Shown: one piece after another, positions 27,009 through 40,774 of the stretch
How the letters are laid out: each line of letters begins with the position of its first letter
How positions within the stretch are numbered: position 1 is the stretch's first letter
From: Eledone cirrhosa
Lineage: Eukaryota
NCBI GenBank assembly: GCA_964016885.1
Contig: OZ024744.1
Span: 26,226,001 to 26,290,000 of the forward strand
Direction: 5' to 3'
DNA length: 64,000 bases
Translations under genes and position numbers: made by a program
The notes under the pieces: model-generated
Database searches by the model: none
Seen by the model: the letters and a program-made list of their open reading frames with translations, nothing else
What the model was told of the DNA's origin: nothing

Positions 27009-27831
27009 TTATATTTATATGTATGTATGTGTATATATATATATACTAATTCATTTCTTTCTCTGCATTATTGTAGCATATTTTCTTTGGGCCTAGTTAG
27101 CATATGCCATCATTCTTTTTATATATATGTCCGTGTCCAGTCGTTTGATCGAAGTTAAAATTATGTGGATTTTCGGCGATGCCTATGAATGTGTGTGAGG
27201 TGTAGTTAAGTAAGTGAAGGTATGTTGTTTGAGGTGCAATGCACCTGGAGTTGAAGATGAACATGTTGACAGGATTCAGTAAGTTATTTTTTTTAAATCA
27301 TGGTCTCTGATTTAAGCACAAGGCTAACAATTTAGGGGGAAGGAGATAGTCGATTAAATCAGCTCCAGTGCGTTACTGGTACTTTATATTATCGACCCCT
27401 TTTTTAATAATGCTAGTGGAAACATGCAATTTTTCTTTTCTAAGGTCCGGAGTTAGGGAAAACGTGTTTGGTGGGAGGGTAAGATCAGTTCACCCTAAAT
27501 GTCTTCGCTCCAAATTAATTGCGCTCAAAATGTCTTCGCTCAAATGAATAGAACCATGTATGTCACCACAGATTTAACATAGTTTCTATTTCGTTCGAAT
27601 TTCTAACTTTCAGTATATTAAATTAAATAGAATGGACTTTCGTCGGGTTCGATTAGGAGTGCTTTCGTTGTCTTAACATTAGCTGAGCAATCCACCGACA
27701 CGTGTAGTATTAATATAATTCTCAGGGATATTTAGCATGAGTCACTTAGTAACTAAGTGACTTGGCTGAGTCGTAAGAACGTCGGTTAGAATATTTTGCA
27801 GTATTCGTTCTTTCTCTCTGTTCTCTTAGTG

Positions 27832-28146
27832 CAGAGGTTCTCAAAGTGGGCGCTACCATCCCCGGGGGGCGTTGAGAATGTCCAGGCGGCGCTGTGACCT
27901 AAAGAGATGGTGGTGGGCGGAAGAGATGATATAGTAGTATATTCATTATCAAATGATACATATTACATATAAATAGAGTAAAATAAAAAAATATATAATA
28001 TTTATACATAGTATATATTTTATGACTTATATATCACGTAACGATTTGATTTATTATATATTATTTACAATTTGTGTGTAGGGAGGTCTTCTGGAAATAG
28101 GGGTGAGGGCTGAGGGTATTACGTGGCCCCAAATGTTTGAAACCTG
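27832..28146 (+). mobile_element. hAT/Charlie-like MITE inserted into a SINE
   Basis: Ends are cagaggttctcaaa ... tttgaaacctg. The 8-bp TSD is tcttagtg (27824-27831) / tcttagta (28147-28154). The SINE resumes with caaatcccaccg..ttttcatcc..aagtaccagt. Confidence 0.75.
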
Positions 28147-30334
28147 TCTTAGTACAAATCCCACCGTGATCAACTTGGCTTTTCATCCAGTCAAGGTTGC
28201 TAAAAAAAGTACCAGTCTAGTGCTGGGGTTGATTCTTCCTCTATATCTCTTTCTCACTTCCATTCTCTCACTTTCTATCTTTCTCTGGAAGAAATCTGCT
28301 GTATTCAGGCCTGGAGAGGAGATGGGCTCCACCAGGTTTAAGGAAATACCCTAGAAACACCTATATAAATATGGTGCCCCTACGATTCCCTCGGGAGTTA
28401 CGGGACCATGTATGTATTCATACTGTGTAACCAGACTCACCATTTGAATCGCAGATACAGTAAAATTACTACAATTTCGGGGCGGCTCAAACATTATGAG
28501 TGAAATTGGGAAGTCGGAAAGTGATTGAATACCCTTTGGATTGACTGTATCTCTAATTGAAAGGTTCAGCTTGTCATGCAATGTGTCACGCTGAGTCTCT
28601 CTGAAAATTGCGTGCAGAGTATACGTGTATGTGAAATACTCTGTCACTTGTACATTAATTTTATGTACATGCCGTTCCTTTCTTCGAACAACTGGAACAA
28701 TCATCGTCGAAATCAACGGAGGCTCATTATTTTCTATTTCCCCACCAATACCACACACTAGTCAATTCTGTGGAAGTGTTTAGAAAACATTGGTACTTCC
28801 TCTCTTCTAGATCGATATATGAAAACAAAAGTGAAGGGTGAGCTGCTAAATATCAATTCTATGTTAACTGTCCCCAAATACAACAGTAACTTTTACCAAT
28901 GAGACAAAACAAAAAAAAAATTAAAGACGGAGATGTCTGCGTCTGTAATGTTTGTGTGATAAATTATTGCAGGAAGCTGGTGGCGATTTTATACTAGATA
29001 CACATATTACTTTGATAGTATTCTGTTTAAGTCAATCATACGAATGTGCACCGAGAGACTAAGCTAAATAGTAACATATTATTCATACTTTGAAAACAAT
29101 GATAAGCAGGTGTTATTTGTGGTTTTACCTGGGATCAATACTCTATCATAAACTGTCGTTTTCTCTTTTATTTTTTTCTATTTTTTTCTCTGTTTTGTTT
29201 TTGTTGAAAGATGGGCGGGTGATGAAAAAAAAAATGATCCACAGTCTTTTGTTGCAAAAGATTGAGCGTAAGGATAAATCAATAACTCACCACTAGACCA
29301 TGTATTTTTCTTGTGATGACAACGGCTGCTTGACTGTCAGCCGCGATAGGCGGATTGAGTGACAATGACTTCTGGTCACATTTCACGCATCATTGACTTT
29401 CCAAACCAATTATTTGATTTTCTGTAAACATTATCAGCCACATGAACTAACACTATGCTAATTATATATAAATAAACAATCGCGCTTTTTTTCTTCCTGC
29501 GTCCCTATCTTTGTCAAATAAGCAATTTCAGACATTGATTTTTTTTCTTTCTTTCTCTCTTCTCTTTCAACAGAATAAGTCTTCAATCGATGATAACTGT
29601 ATAAACGGATGACATTATTTCAGATTTTATCCAAGACACTTCAGTTGAACATATTTTTTTTTCATTCTTTTATTGAAGTTACAAACGCGTGTTATACTAT
29701 TTTGCATCTGAATCGATCTCTTTTGAAGACGGATATTTCTCAGACTTTGATAATTGCTGTTTAAATATCACTTGAAACACGTCCTCTTTTTCTAATGTTC
29801 TGTATTATTTCCTCGTTTTTTTTTATGCATCCTTTTTTTTTTTTTTACATTATTTCATCCTTTTTCTATCTTTCTTTCGTTCTTTCTTTCTTTCTTCTTT
29901 GTTGTTGCACAGAAATTCTTCAAATGGCTGCCTAAATTATAATTAACAAACATTTCTATTCACCATTTCCTTAACACCCCACCTCTCACTATTGAAATAT
30001 AGACAATTATTATCTTCTTTGTGGATGAAAGCGACGGAGAAAGAGGAGTGAAATTCCAGGAAAATATTGACAGCGTGATTGTAGTTTCTATCTTCAGTTA
30101 ATTCAAGTCCCCTTCTCTTAACCCTTGAATTATCTTTTGAGGAAAATCGTTTAGAGAAAGTTATCTCTTCTTTTGAAATATATATTCTTTGCAGCGACTT
30201 AGTATAGAATTTTCTCGATTATATTTGCTATCTTCAATTTGATATTCGTGCCATCCCTTACCTATGGACATGAATCTGAAAGAATACGATCACGAATACA
30301 AGCCGCTAAAATAGCTTGGAGATCAGAGAGTTAC

Positions 30335-30675
30335 TCCAGGTAGAGCTGCTGCTTCTCTAAATTGAGAGATCACAGCTCCAATACTATGGGTATGTGGTTA
30401 GAATGTCTCAGGAAAGAATCACTGGACAGATTTTACGGGTGAAACCAACCTGGTAGAAGAACCAGAGGTTGACCTGGAGCAAGTTGTTTGGATAACATCC
30501 AAGAGATTGGCTGGTCTAGCTTTGAGGATCCAGCCGGATCAGTTGGAGACGGTTGCTTCTGACAGGACCTGCTGGAAGGGGTGTTTAAGGACTCTGGCCC
30601 CATGATCCTCTCAGGAATAAGTGGATGAAGAAGAAGAAGAAGAAGAAGAAGAAGAAGAAGAAGAAGAAGAAGAAG
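30335..30675 (+). mobile_element. RTE LINE 3' end with (GAA)n tail
   Basis: Translates as IERSQLQYYGYVVRM..GRRTRG*PG. A second copy lies at 31525-31755. Confidence 0.7.
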
Positions 30676-31234
30676 ACATTTGCGAATTATCTAAAAACAA
30701 TGATAATGTGTCAAATTAATGTTTTAAGAATATTATTTCGTCATTTGCTATATTGGCCATGAGTTCAAATCTACTCCCGGTGTTTGGTTGTGTTTCAAGA
30801 TAAAACAGATACAACAGACCATATAGCTTTCAGCAATGGCCACCACATCATCGGAGAATGTCCAGCTACAAACATCCAGATCAAACAGTAATAACAAGGG
30901 ACTTGGCAATTATGATTATTGCTCTACTGTTGCTGCTGCTGCTGTTGCTGTTTCTACTGATACTGCTGACAAGGAAGGGTGTTTCTCAATACCCGTTCAA
31001 CCATGAGACAAGAGCGATAATCACATCGGTGCTATCTCTCCCGGAATAAGTATAACTGAGACTACAGTATACTGTGTGTTCTCATTTATTTACCATAGAA
31101 GTATATACTTTTAGAGAGATAGACTACTATTTCTACAATATGAGGCGACCACATATAGGTTCATTTGAACAAAGGGTGAGTCGAGTCTCAGTCTGACCTC
31201 TCAGACAGCGAGAAATAGCAACCAGATCTCCCTC

Positions 31235-32482
31235 AAACCACATTCCATAATGCTAGGTACACTAAACAAACGGGATGGTCATGTCCGTACATATATATAG
31301 CTACACAACAACCCTAGACAGAAGGAGATCAATTTACAGGTACAACAGATTTCCTACACCAGATTATCCATTGTTCCAGAAAGGAAACAAACAATATGGG
31401 AGGGAGGGCGTTTGATTAGAAACTTAAAATAGATTTGGAAATGTTTGCTTACATACATGTTCAAACATTGCAAAATTTGCTTCATCTAACAGATAGAGAG
31501 AGAGTCCATTTTTCTATGCTAAAATGAGAGATCACAGCTCAGATACTATGTCAATGTTGTTAGAGTGCCTCAGGAAAGAATCACTGGATAGATTTTACGA
31601 GCAAAACCAGCCAGCAGGAGACCCAAGCATAGACTCCGAGCAAGATGGCCGGATAACCCCCATGAGCATGGCTCGTCTCACCTGGGGACCCAGCCAGATT
31701 AGTTGGAGATGGTTGCTTCTGACAGGACTTGCTAGAAGGAGTGTTTGAGGACTGAACCATTAAGAGAGATTCAATATTGTTACAGAGTTTGTTGGGGGGT
31801 TATTCAACTCAATAGAAATCAAATAAAATATTTCAAAATTGTTTTTACTTTCTGAAGTTTCAGAGGGGGCTGCATTGGTCTTTGATTTTGGTCCTGAAAA
31901 GAAAAGGGTATATGTTTAAATAAAATAGATTGACGTGAGGTAAGAAGGAATAGGATATATATTTGTTGGTATAAATGTGTTAACACGAGGGAAAGACTAA
32001 ACAGTATATGTTTGTGAGTATAATATTGGCATTGGTGGGAGGGCAAAAATGAGTTTATTGATAAAAATCATGGGTATATATTAGTGGATATAGTTAGAAA
32101 TTAAATCTTTACTACTGTTGTCCCATCAACAGTGGAATTTCAGTATTTCAGTTGAAATTGTGTTTTTAGTAGCTAAAGAATTGTGGAAATGTTGGGTGGG
32201 AAGAATGAGGTATATATTTATGGATAAAAATCAATCGTTTTATGTGGAACAAGACACGGGTGTATATTAGTGGGTAAACTTACTAAAGAATGAAAAGGTT
32301 ATATTTGTAGGCAAAAATAAATTGACGAGGTGGGGGAGGGGACAATTATCAATCATTTGATCTGGAATAGGAAAGTAGGTATATATGATCTCCTTCTGTC
32401 TAGGGTTGTTGTGTAGCTATATATATGTACGGACATGACCATCCCGTTTGTTTAGTGTACCTAGCATTAAGGAATGTGGTTT
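31235..32482. repeat. ~95-bp inverted repeats about 1.05 kb apart
   Basis: 31235-31331 (aaaccacattcc..gaaggagatca) is the reverse complement of 32386-32482. Confidence 0.85.
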
Positions 32483-32576
32483 ATATATATAACAAAGGAA
32501 ATGTGGTAAGGAACCAGATGAACCATAACGCACCAGAGTACTCAATACTTAGGGTAGTAGAGTGGGAAATAGGAAA

Positions 32577-32686
32577 AAGTATGGCCCCGACGGCAGAGCT
32601 CCAGCCGTTTCGACGGCTATTTCTGGACTAAATTAGAATTTTTAGCCTGGTGAATAAATAGCCGAACTTGTCAAGGGGGTATTTCC
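32577..32686 (-). ncRNA. Type I hammerhead ribozyme, U3:A8 variant (UUGACAA)
   Basis: Minus strand: taccccc-TTGACAA-gttcggctattt..aaatagccgtc-GAAA-cggc(tggagctct)gccg-TC-gggg. Confidence 0.8.
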
Positions 32687-33290
32687 TTATATGGGAAGAT
32701 TGTAGTTGTCAAGAGGATTGGTTAAAATTTGTTGTAAACACAAATAAGTCTATCATGGCATTTGGTGGGAGGTAGGGGTGGCTGAACTTGCCTGTAGAAG
32801 AATAGGGGAGTGAGTGGAGCCGGTCAAGCGTTGAAAGCGATATGTATACAGCAGATTCTAAGGATAGTGTATGAAGTGGAGGAGGGATGTTATAGAATAG
32901 GTTAATCGAATGAGAGTAGGAGACAATAAAAGATACTAGAAATAAATAAAAAATATATAAAATTAGATAGTGAGAAATGAATTAAAAGAATCACAATGCT
33001 ATCTTACAATTACAGGTTAATAAGTTGAGTATAGAAAAAAATGTGTAGAAATTACAAAACTGATACACAATTAAAGTGGTTTAACACATCTGCTATAAGT
33101 AGTTAGTAAAACGTATTAGGCCAATTCTATCTTAAAATGACAGGGGTGGGGGAACTGATGCTACAGAGGCCCGATGGGCTGCATCGGGGTAGGCGAAAGG
33201 GGAAAAGCAGACGAGGAAGAAAATAGATTTATTTGTGTTTACAACAAATTTTAACCAATCCCCTTGACAACTGCAATCTTCCCATATAAG

Positions 33291-33399
33291 GAAGTACCCC
33301 CTTGACAAGTTCGGCTATTTATTCACCAGGCTAAAAATTCTAATTTAGTCCAGAAATAGCCGTCGAAACGGCTTGAGCTCTGCCGTCGGGGTCATACTT
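33291..33399 (+). ncRNA. Type I hammerhead ribozyme, U3:A8 variant (UUGACAA)
   Basis: aagtaccccc-TTGACAA(33302-33308)-gttcggctattt..aaatagccgtc-GAAA(33365-33368)-cggc(ttgagctct)gccg-TC-ggggtcatactt. Predicted cut is after C33387. Confidence 0.8.
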
Positions 33400-33402
33400 T
33401 TT

Positions 33403-33442
<40 letters not shown>

Positions 33443-34447
33443 TAAATTTAGCGAGAATCGCATTTCGGCGGGTAGAAATTAGCGAAACGCAACATCCGTA
33501 TTGTGTAGACAAGCGCTCCATGGATATGAAGATACCAGAGCTATAAACATAAGTTAAAATGGTCATACAAACAGAGACGATGGTTAAGAAGCCATTAACC
33601 ACCTTAGCCAAAAAAGCGAACAAGATAAACGGGTCAAACAAAATAAGATATGATTGTAGAAAGTTTTAAAACGATCAAATTTTATATATATACCCTATCT
33701 ACACTAAGACCTGTTGACAAACACCTAACTCCTTTGTTGAATGTGTGTGAATATATATATATATGTGTGTATATATGTATATATATATCTCAGTGGATGC
33801 GATCAGATTTCAACACAGCAACAACAACTACAACAGCAACTACAACAATAGCGACAGCAACAACAACAACAGCAACAACACCATTGTCTGTGTTGAATGT
33901 GTGTGTATGTATGTATATATATATATGTGTGTATGTATATATATATGTATGTGTATATATATCATACTCGCGAAGCGAACAAATTTGAAAATTTCAACCC
34001 AGCGACTACAACAACAGCAACAACAGCAACAACAGCATTGTCTGCAGCAGCATCAGTGAAATGAACAACAACAACTCACACCATCCACCATCTTCTCGAC
34101 TACCACAACCACCACCATCACTGGCCCCATCCACCACCACCACCATCACTAACACCATCCACCACCACTATCACCAGCGATCAGGCCTTAAAAACAACTA
34201 TAATAATTGTTTCTACTTTTGGCACAAGGCCAGCAATTACCCAGTACATTACTGAATACTAACTAACTATTCTGTTCTTGGCATGGGGCAGCGACTGTCC
34301 CAGCGCATTGCTGGTGCCTTGTTTTTTTTTTGGGGGGGGGGGGGGGCGTTGCTCTATGCTGTAAAGCAAAAATTATTATTATATAAAAACTGAATTGGAA
34401 AAGTCAACAGTTGACATGATTTTGATTTTGTATCAGTACTGACGGTA

Positions 34448-34482
<35 letters not shown>

Positions 34483-34599
34483 AGTGGTGTATGTGTTTGT
34501 ATGCATGAGTGTTGGTGTGTAAGTTGCGTGTGTGTTTGTATGCATGAGTGTTGGTGTGTGTGTGTGTGTGTGTGCCGTGAGTGTCAATAAGTGTTTTTT

Positions 34600-37500
34600 T
34601 TATGACCATGCTGTAAAATGGAGGGGTAGAGAGGGCACATGAGTCCAGTAAGACATCCTCTCTAGTGCTGGTGGCACAAATAAAAGCACCCAGTCCATGC
34701 TGTAAAGTGGCGCTGGTGTTAGGAAGGGCATCCAACCAGTATATCAATGCCAAAACGATTATAAGCACAGCAACAAGTATATAGGAACAACAAAATATGA
34801 AGACGTCGCATCTCAGAGTTGCAACACTTAATGTTGGCACTCTCAGAGGTAGATCTGCTGAAATAGCGGAAATGCTGGACAGAAGGCATGTGGATGTGTT
34901 CTGCGAACAAGAGGTGAGATGGAGAGGTGCCTCTGCGAGACTAGTCGCAGGCAAACATCTAAGCTATAAGCTTTTCTGGGTAGGTAAGGATGATGGGTTA
35001 GGGGGAGTAGGCATTTTCCTAGCTGAGAGATGGATCAATAAGACAATAGAAGTAGTTCGAGTTAGTAATCGAATAATTAAGCTTAGATTAGTTGTAGGTA
35101 GGAGACTACTGACAATCCCCAAGCAGGCATAGGCAAAGAAAGGAAAGACTGCTTTTAAGAGCAACTTTTACAAACAGCCGCAATGACAGAGGACGGAGAC
35201 ATCGTTATGCAAGCAGGGGAATTCAATGGTCATGTTGGACAGTTCCAGGATGGTTACACTGGGGTACATGGTGGGCACTGTTACGGCTCAAGAAATGAAG
35301 GAGTGAGACTTCTTGAATTTTGTGATGCAAGTACACTAACTATTTTCAACATTAACTTCCAGAAACCTGCCAACCACCTAATAACCTACAAGTCAGGCGA
35401 GCACATAAGCCAGATTGACTTCTTACTAGTTAGGCAGCGGGACAGGCAGATGGTGTCTAATACCAAGGCATACCCTGGGGAAGAATGTACCCCACAGCAT
35501 AGGTTAGTCGTTAGTGATATCTCAGTAAGCAAGAGATGGAATGAGACATATAGGAAGGTCTGGAGAAGAAAGGTTTGGAAGCTTAAAGACCTTTCACTAA
35601 AATACAAATTTAGGAAAGCCCTTCAAGTTGTGTATGACGAAAAAGAAGATGATTTAGAGACGTATGACATAGATAATAACTGGAATTTCTTACGTGACAA
35701 CTTACTGCAGGCTACTGATGAAACTTGTGGTTCCAACAGAGCTCCAACCAGACAGAGAGTGACCTGGTGGTGGAACAGCACTGTAGATAAGGCCATTAGA
35801 GACAAAAGACTAGCATGGAAGGCTTGGAAAAGGGTGGGAGTAGAGAAGGATATACAGCCGCTAAGAGAGAAGCTAGACGTCAGGTGTACTTAGCACGCAG
35901 GGAAGCTGAGAGTAGGAGGTTTGCCAATGTTCTGCGACGGGAAGATCAGTGGCTTGCGGTGTTCCACATTGCAAAGCAGTGTGTCAATGCAAATCAGGAT
36001 GTTGTTGGAGATAAATGTGTCCGGAATGATGCCGGTGTACTTAGTGTCACGAATGATCAGAAAAAGGAGGCCTGGAAATGTCATTATGAGAGACTGATGA
36101 ATGTGGAGAACAAATGGGAGAGAGAGAAATTACCCCCAGTAGACCCGACAGTGGGACCAGCTATGGAGATTGACGAATATAGGGTCCAAGAGGCGATTAA
36201 GGAAATGAAAAATGGTAAGGCTGCCGGACCATCGGGAATAACTGCTGAGATGCTGAAGGCATCTGGAGACGTAGGCACTAAACTGGTTGCACACATCATC
36301 AATCAGGCTATATATGGTGGAGTCATACCCAAAGACTGGTGCAGCAATATTCTCATAAATTGCTACAAAAGTAAAGGGGATGCACTGGACAGGAGCAATT
36401 ATAGGGGTATAAAACTGATGGATCAGGTTATGAAAGTGGCAGAAAGGATTTTAGCACAACTAATTAGAGAAAGGGTCAAACTAGATGAGATGCAGTTTGG
36501 ATTTGTGCCTGGGAAGAGTACAACAGATTCCCTCTTCTTGGTGAGACAAGTAGAAGAGAGATTCTTATAGAAAAATAAGCCACTATACTTAGCCTTTGTT
36601 GACCTAGAGAAGGCCTTTGATAGGGTACCCCGATCTGACATCTGGTGGCCCTTAAGGAAACTAGGTGTTGAGGAATGGCTTGAGAGGACAGTGCAAACTG
36701 TGTACAGAGGTACTGTCAGTAAAGTCAGTGTACGAATGGAGTTTAGTGAGGAATTCCATATACAAGTAGGTGTACATCAAGGTTCGGTCCTCGGCCTGCT
36801 CTTGTTCATTATAGTCCTCCAAGCCATAACAGAGGAGTTTAAGACTGGCTGTCCATGGGAACTTCTCTATGCTGACGATCTGGTTCTTATAGCAGAATCA
36901 GTAGAGGAGCTAGAGAATAAATTATGACTATGGAAACAGCAGTTGGAAGCAAGAGGATTGAGAGTGAACCTAGCTCAGACAAAAATGCTGATGAGTAGAA
37001 AAGAGGACAAAACTCAGGGAATTGGCCATGTTCGATATGCAGAAAAGGAACTGGCATAAATGCTATAAAATGCACACAATGCAGATCATGGGTACACAAG
37101 AGGTGTAGTGGGATAGCAGGCAAACTAACAGGTAGAGAGAAATACGTATGCAGTAGATGTACAGGAAAATTAGACAGTAGAAGTAGCATTGATAGACACA
37201 TTTTTCAAATGCTGGCCGATGCTGTAGAAGTGGTGGATAGCTTCCGGTACCTAGGAGATCAGATTAGCATGGGAGATGGGTGTTCCGAGGCCATAGTATC
37301 TAGAATAAGGACGGGTTGGAAGAATTTTAGGGAGCTGCTTCCTCTGCTGACGAAGAAGGGTTTCTCCCTGCGTACGAAAGGCCGGTTATATGATGCCTGT
37401 GTGAGGAGCGCGATGCTGCATGGTAGTGAGACATGGGCAGCAACTGCAGAGGATATGCGACGGCTGGAGAGAAATGAGGCAAGCATGCTCCGTTGGATGT

Positions 37501-37847
37501 GCAATGTCAATGTGAGTGAATGTGTTGAGAGAGAAAATGTGTCTGAGAGGGATAGAATGTAGTGTGCGAGAGAGGAGACTGAGGTGGTATGGACATGAGA
37601 TGCGCATAGAGGATGACCGATGGGTGAAGAAGTGTCAGGAAATGCCAGTTGAACGAACACGTGGTAGAGGTAGACGACGAAAAACATGGGCGGAGGTAGT
37701 GAGAACAGACTAAAGATCGCTGAAGCTCACGGTGGAGATGACGAAGGACCGTGACGAGTGGAGAGATGCTGTGCTGAATAAGACCCGTCCCACACTTCCA
37801 AGCAGGTATAAGCGGACGTAAAATGAAGATGATGATGATGATGATGC
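34600..37847 (+). mobile_element. RTE-clade LINE, near full length, degraded, (GAT)n tail
   Basis: APE (RVATLNVGTL, QEVRW, GEFNGHVG, SQIDFLL, QHRLVV), RT (KAAGPSGI, NYRGIKL, FVDLEKAFDRV, GVHQGS, LLYADD) and C-terminal RLRWYGH..RGRGRRRKTW. Confidence 0.92.
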
Positions 37848-37875
37848 TATATATATATAGTGTGTGTGTGTGTTA

Positions 37876-38070
37876 TGTCAGGTCACTCATGAGTGCTACT
37901 GGTAACATGTAACCCAGAACAACCTGTCGCATGGTTGGGTCGTCGGCGACTAAACCAGCAACCCCACCAAGTTTACTTGGTGAGAAGGGGATTTTGGAAA
38001 CCCTGCAGGACAAAAAACAAAACCTGACATAAGGCGGAAGAAGTCACAAAAGTTAACGGCCATCCCAAAA
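37876..38070 (+). mobile_element. 5' part of an RTE-related non-coding element (same family as 56382-57605)
   Basis: tgtcaggtcac..tgctactggtaacatgta..ggcgactaaac..aaccccaccaag. Confidence 0.7.
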
Positions 38071-38114
38071 TGTGTAAATATGTATATAAATGTATGCATG
38101 TGTATATATGTGTG

Positions 38115-38199
<85 letters not shown>

Positions 38200-38354
38200 T
38201 GTTATACTTTGGGAGGGTCATGTTGCCAATAAGAAACACACGCACCAGTTGCTTTCACTTCAATTTAATTTATTAAATATTTATAAATTTACAAATTTAT
38301 AAATTTCTGGTTGGTTGGTTGGTTCCACAACCAGATAGTTGTTTATATATATAT

Positions 38355-38398
38355 AGTCATAGTTCTTTCGTCACACACTCTGTGACCTCTCAGTGACT
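38355..38398 (-). ncRNA. Minimal type I hammerhead, core decayed (CTGAGAG)
   Basis: Minus strand: agtca-CTGAGAG-gtcac(agagtgt)gtgac-GAAA-gaac-TA-tgact. It lies in a repeat (38195-38470) also present at 53640-53915, where the motif is deleted further. Confidence 0.55.
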
Positions 38399-38484
38399 GG
38401 GGATTTCTTTCTTCGTTTCTGTGCCTTTCCTTTCTTCTATCCTACGCCATTTTCTACAAATTCAGAAGCGATATATATATACAC

Positions 38485-38521
<37 letters not shown>

Positions 38522-40446
38522 CGTGTGTGAGTGTATATGTGTGTGTGTGTGTGAGTATGTGTGTGTATGTATACATGTACATATGTATGTATATGCTCGG
38601 GGACATAGAAATAATCGGGTTGGATACGTGATCGCGCGGTTAAACCACTGGGTGTGACGGACCCCTATCCTTTGTCAGGGCATTCTTCTAGGAGAAGGCA
38701 ACTCAGGAAACTGGGATAACTCCGATATAAAACCTGCGACTCAGTAGTTACCGGCGACGTTGATCATTCTTCTTTTCGGGTTATAGCTACTGTCGCTCAG
38801 AGAGTGGGATTGGCTCAGTGCACAGTCTTTCCTCATTTAAAAAATATCTTCACGCACAGGCATTGCACTATAGAATTAATTAATAATTATTAATAATGGT
38901 ATATCGTGTAATGGCCATACTCGATAACGAGGGGGCAGCCATCTTCATGTATGTATGTATATATATAATTGTTTCTACTTTAGGCACAAGGCCAGCAATA
39001 ACCCAGTGCATTACTGTTACTTTATTTTATCGACCCCGTAAGGATGAAAGCAAAGTCAACCTCGACGGGATTTGAACTCAGATCGTAAAGGGACGTATGT
39101 ATGTATATATATATAATATTAGTGTATATGAAGATATTTATGCTATATAACGAACATACGAGAATCTCGCTTTGAATATTTTAATGTGGGATCATGTCAC
39201 AGTAGCTGCTGGGTTTTTAGGATAGCGATTTAAATCATTTAAAGCGATATTCTTGTATATTTAATATACTTAAGTATATCATAAATAATTTAATATACAC
39301 TCCTATTATACATCACGATATGTATATATATATATATATATATATAAGAAACAAGATTTCGCTTCAAGCATAGCTTTATACAAAAATGTATAGTCATTTC
39401 GAATTTCTAAAGAAACACGGTTTTAGAAAGCCGTAGCCACACAAACACCGAGAGCTAACGCTCTCTGGTGGTGTCCAGCAGAAGCAACGGGGACAACCGT
39501 CTATACATTACAGGCTTGACCTTCCACCGCTTGCTACCAGCAATCGTTCATCAGAATAAAAATTGAATATGGACGTAAGATATGAAATGAAAAACAAAGG
39601 CTATTACAATTGAAAGCAAGGCTGAAATATAATAAAATAAAGATAAGAAATATATAAAATAAAATAAAATAACAATACACACTGATGCAGAACGTAAGGT
39701 TACGGGTAAACATTAATACATATATATATGTGAAATGAAAGGAGCTGTGTGGTTACTAAAAATAAGGTTTAGGATGATGGAACAAAGTGAGAAAAGAAGA
39801 AAGGATCCTTCGTCAGTTGTAAATATCCACGATCAGATGTTTCGGTGCTGAATTACAGGACATCTGTAGCGATCGGGAGCGCCCAAGGCCTTTTATTAAT
39901 CAAAGGGCCAGGAGGAAAAGGAGAGAGAAAGGAGAGGAAAAAAGAGAGAAAAAAGAGAAAATAAGAAGGAAAAAAGTAGGAAAAGAGATAGAAGAACAGG
40001 GGGGGGGGAAGAGAGAAGGGAATAAAGGGGAGAAAAAAGTAGAAAAAATAGGGGAAGGTGAACAGATCCCATCGTGGAAAGACACAGGACAAAAAAAGAA
40101 GCAAATGAGTAACCGTGGAAAAATAGGGAGAGTAAGTTGTAGCCAACCTGGTAGACGTGAGCCTGGTGTTAGGCTCCAACTTGAAGACGGTATTACTTGT
40201 GTTGACTCTCTAGTAGACGAGAGAGAGAGTGAGAGAGAGACATGAGCAACCGGAAGTGAGAGGGTGAAGGGAAAGGGAGATAATAGAAAAGGGGTTTTTA
40301 CGACGGTGGTAAAAACGTGTCGGAAAAGATTGCGAACAGAGAAGTTTTTACGACATGTGTAAACATGTCAACAATCAAAACCGAACGGATGGAGATATAT
40401 ATATATATATATATATGTAATATATATATATATATATGTAATATAT

Positions 40447-40478
<32 letters not shown>

Positions 40479-40517
40479 TATATAATTATATATATATATA
40501 TATATATATGTAATATA

Positions 40518-40568
<51 letters not shown>

Positions 40569-40591
40569 CATATATATATATATATATATAT

Positions 40592-40632
<41 letters not shown>

Positions 40633-40694
40633 CATATATATATATATATATATAATTATATATTACATATATATATATATATATAATTATATAT

Positions 40695-40731
<37 letters not shown>

Positions 40732-40774
40732 TTGCGAGGTTTTTTATATGAAATTGTGTGTCGAAACAAATATT

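Larger units (their letters stand above)
32490..33407. mobile_element. PLE-type fragment with ~185-bp inverted termini, each carrying a U3:A8 hammerhead
   Basis: 32570-32753 is the reverse complement of 33223-33407, and both ends abut (TA)n. Confidence 0.75.

Noticed and set aside
39752-39823. Minus-strand ctgacga-aggat..atcct-aaac hammerhead relic
   Set aside because: G12 is missing and stems I and III are not convincing, so it is too decayed to call.
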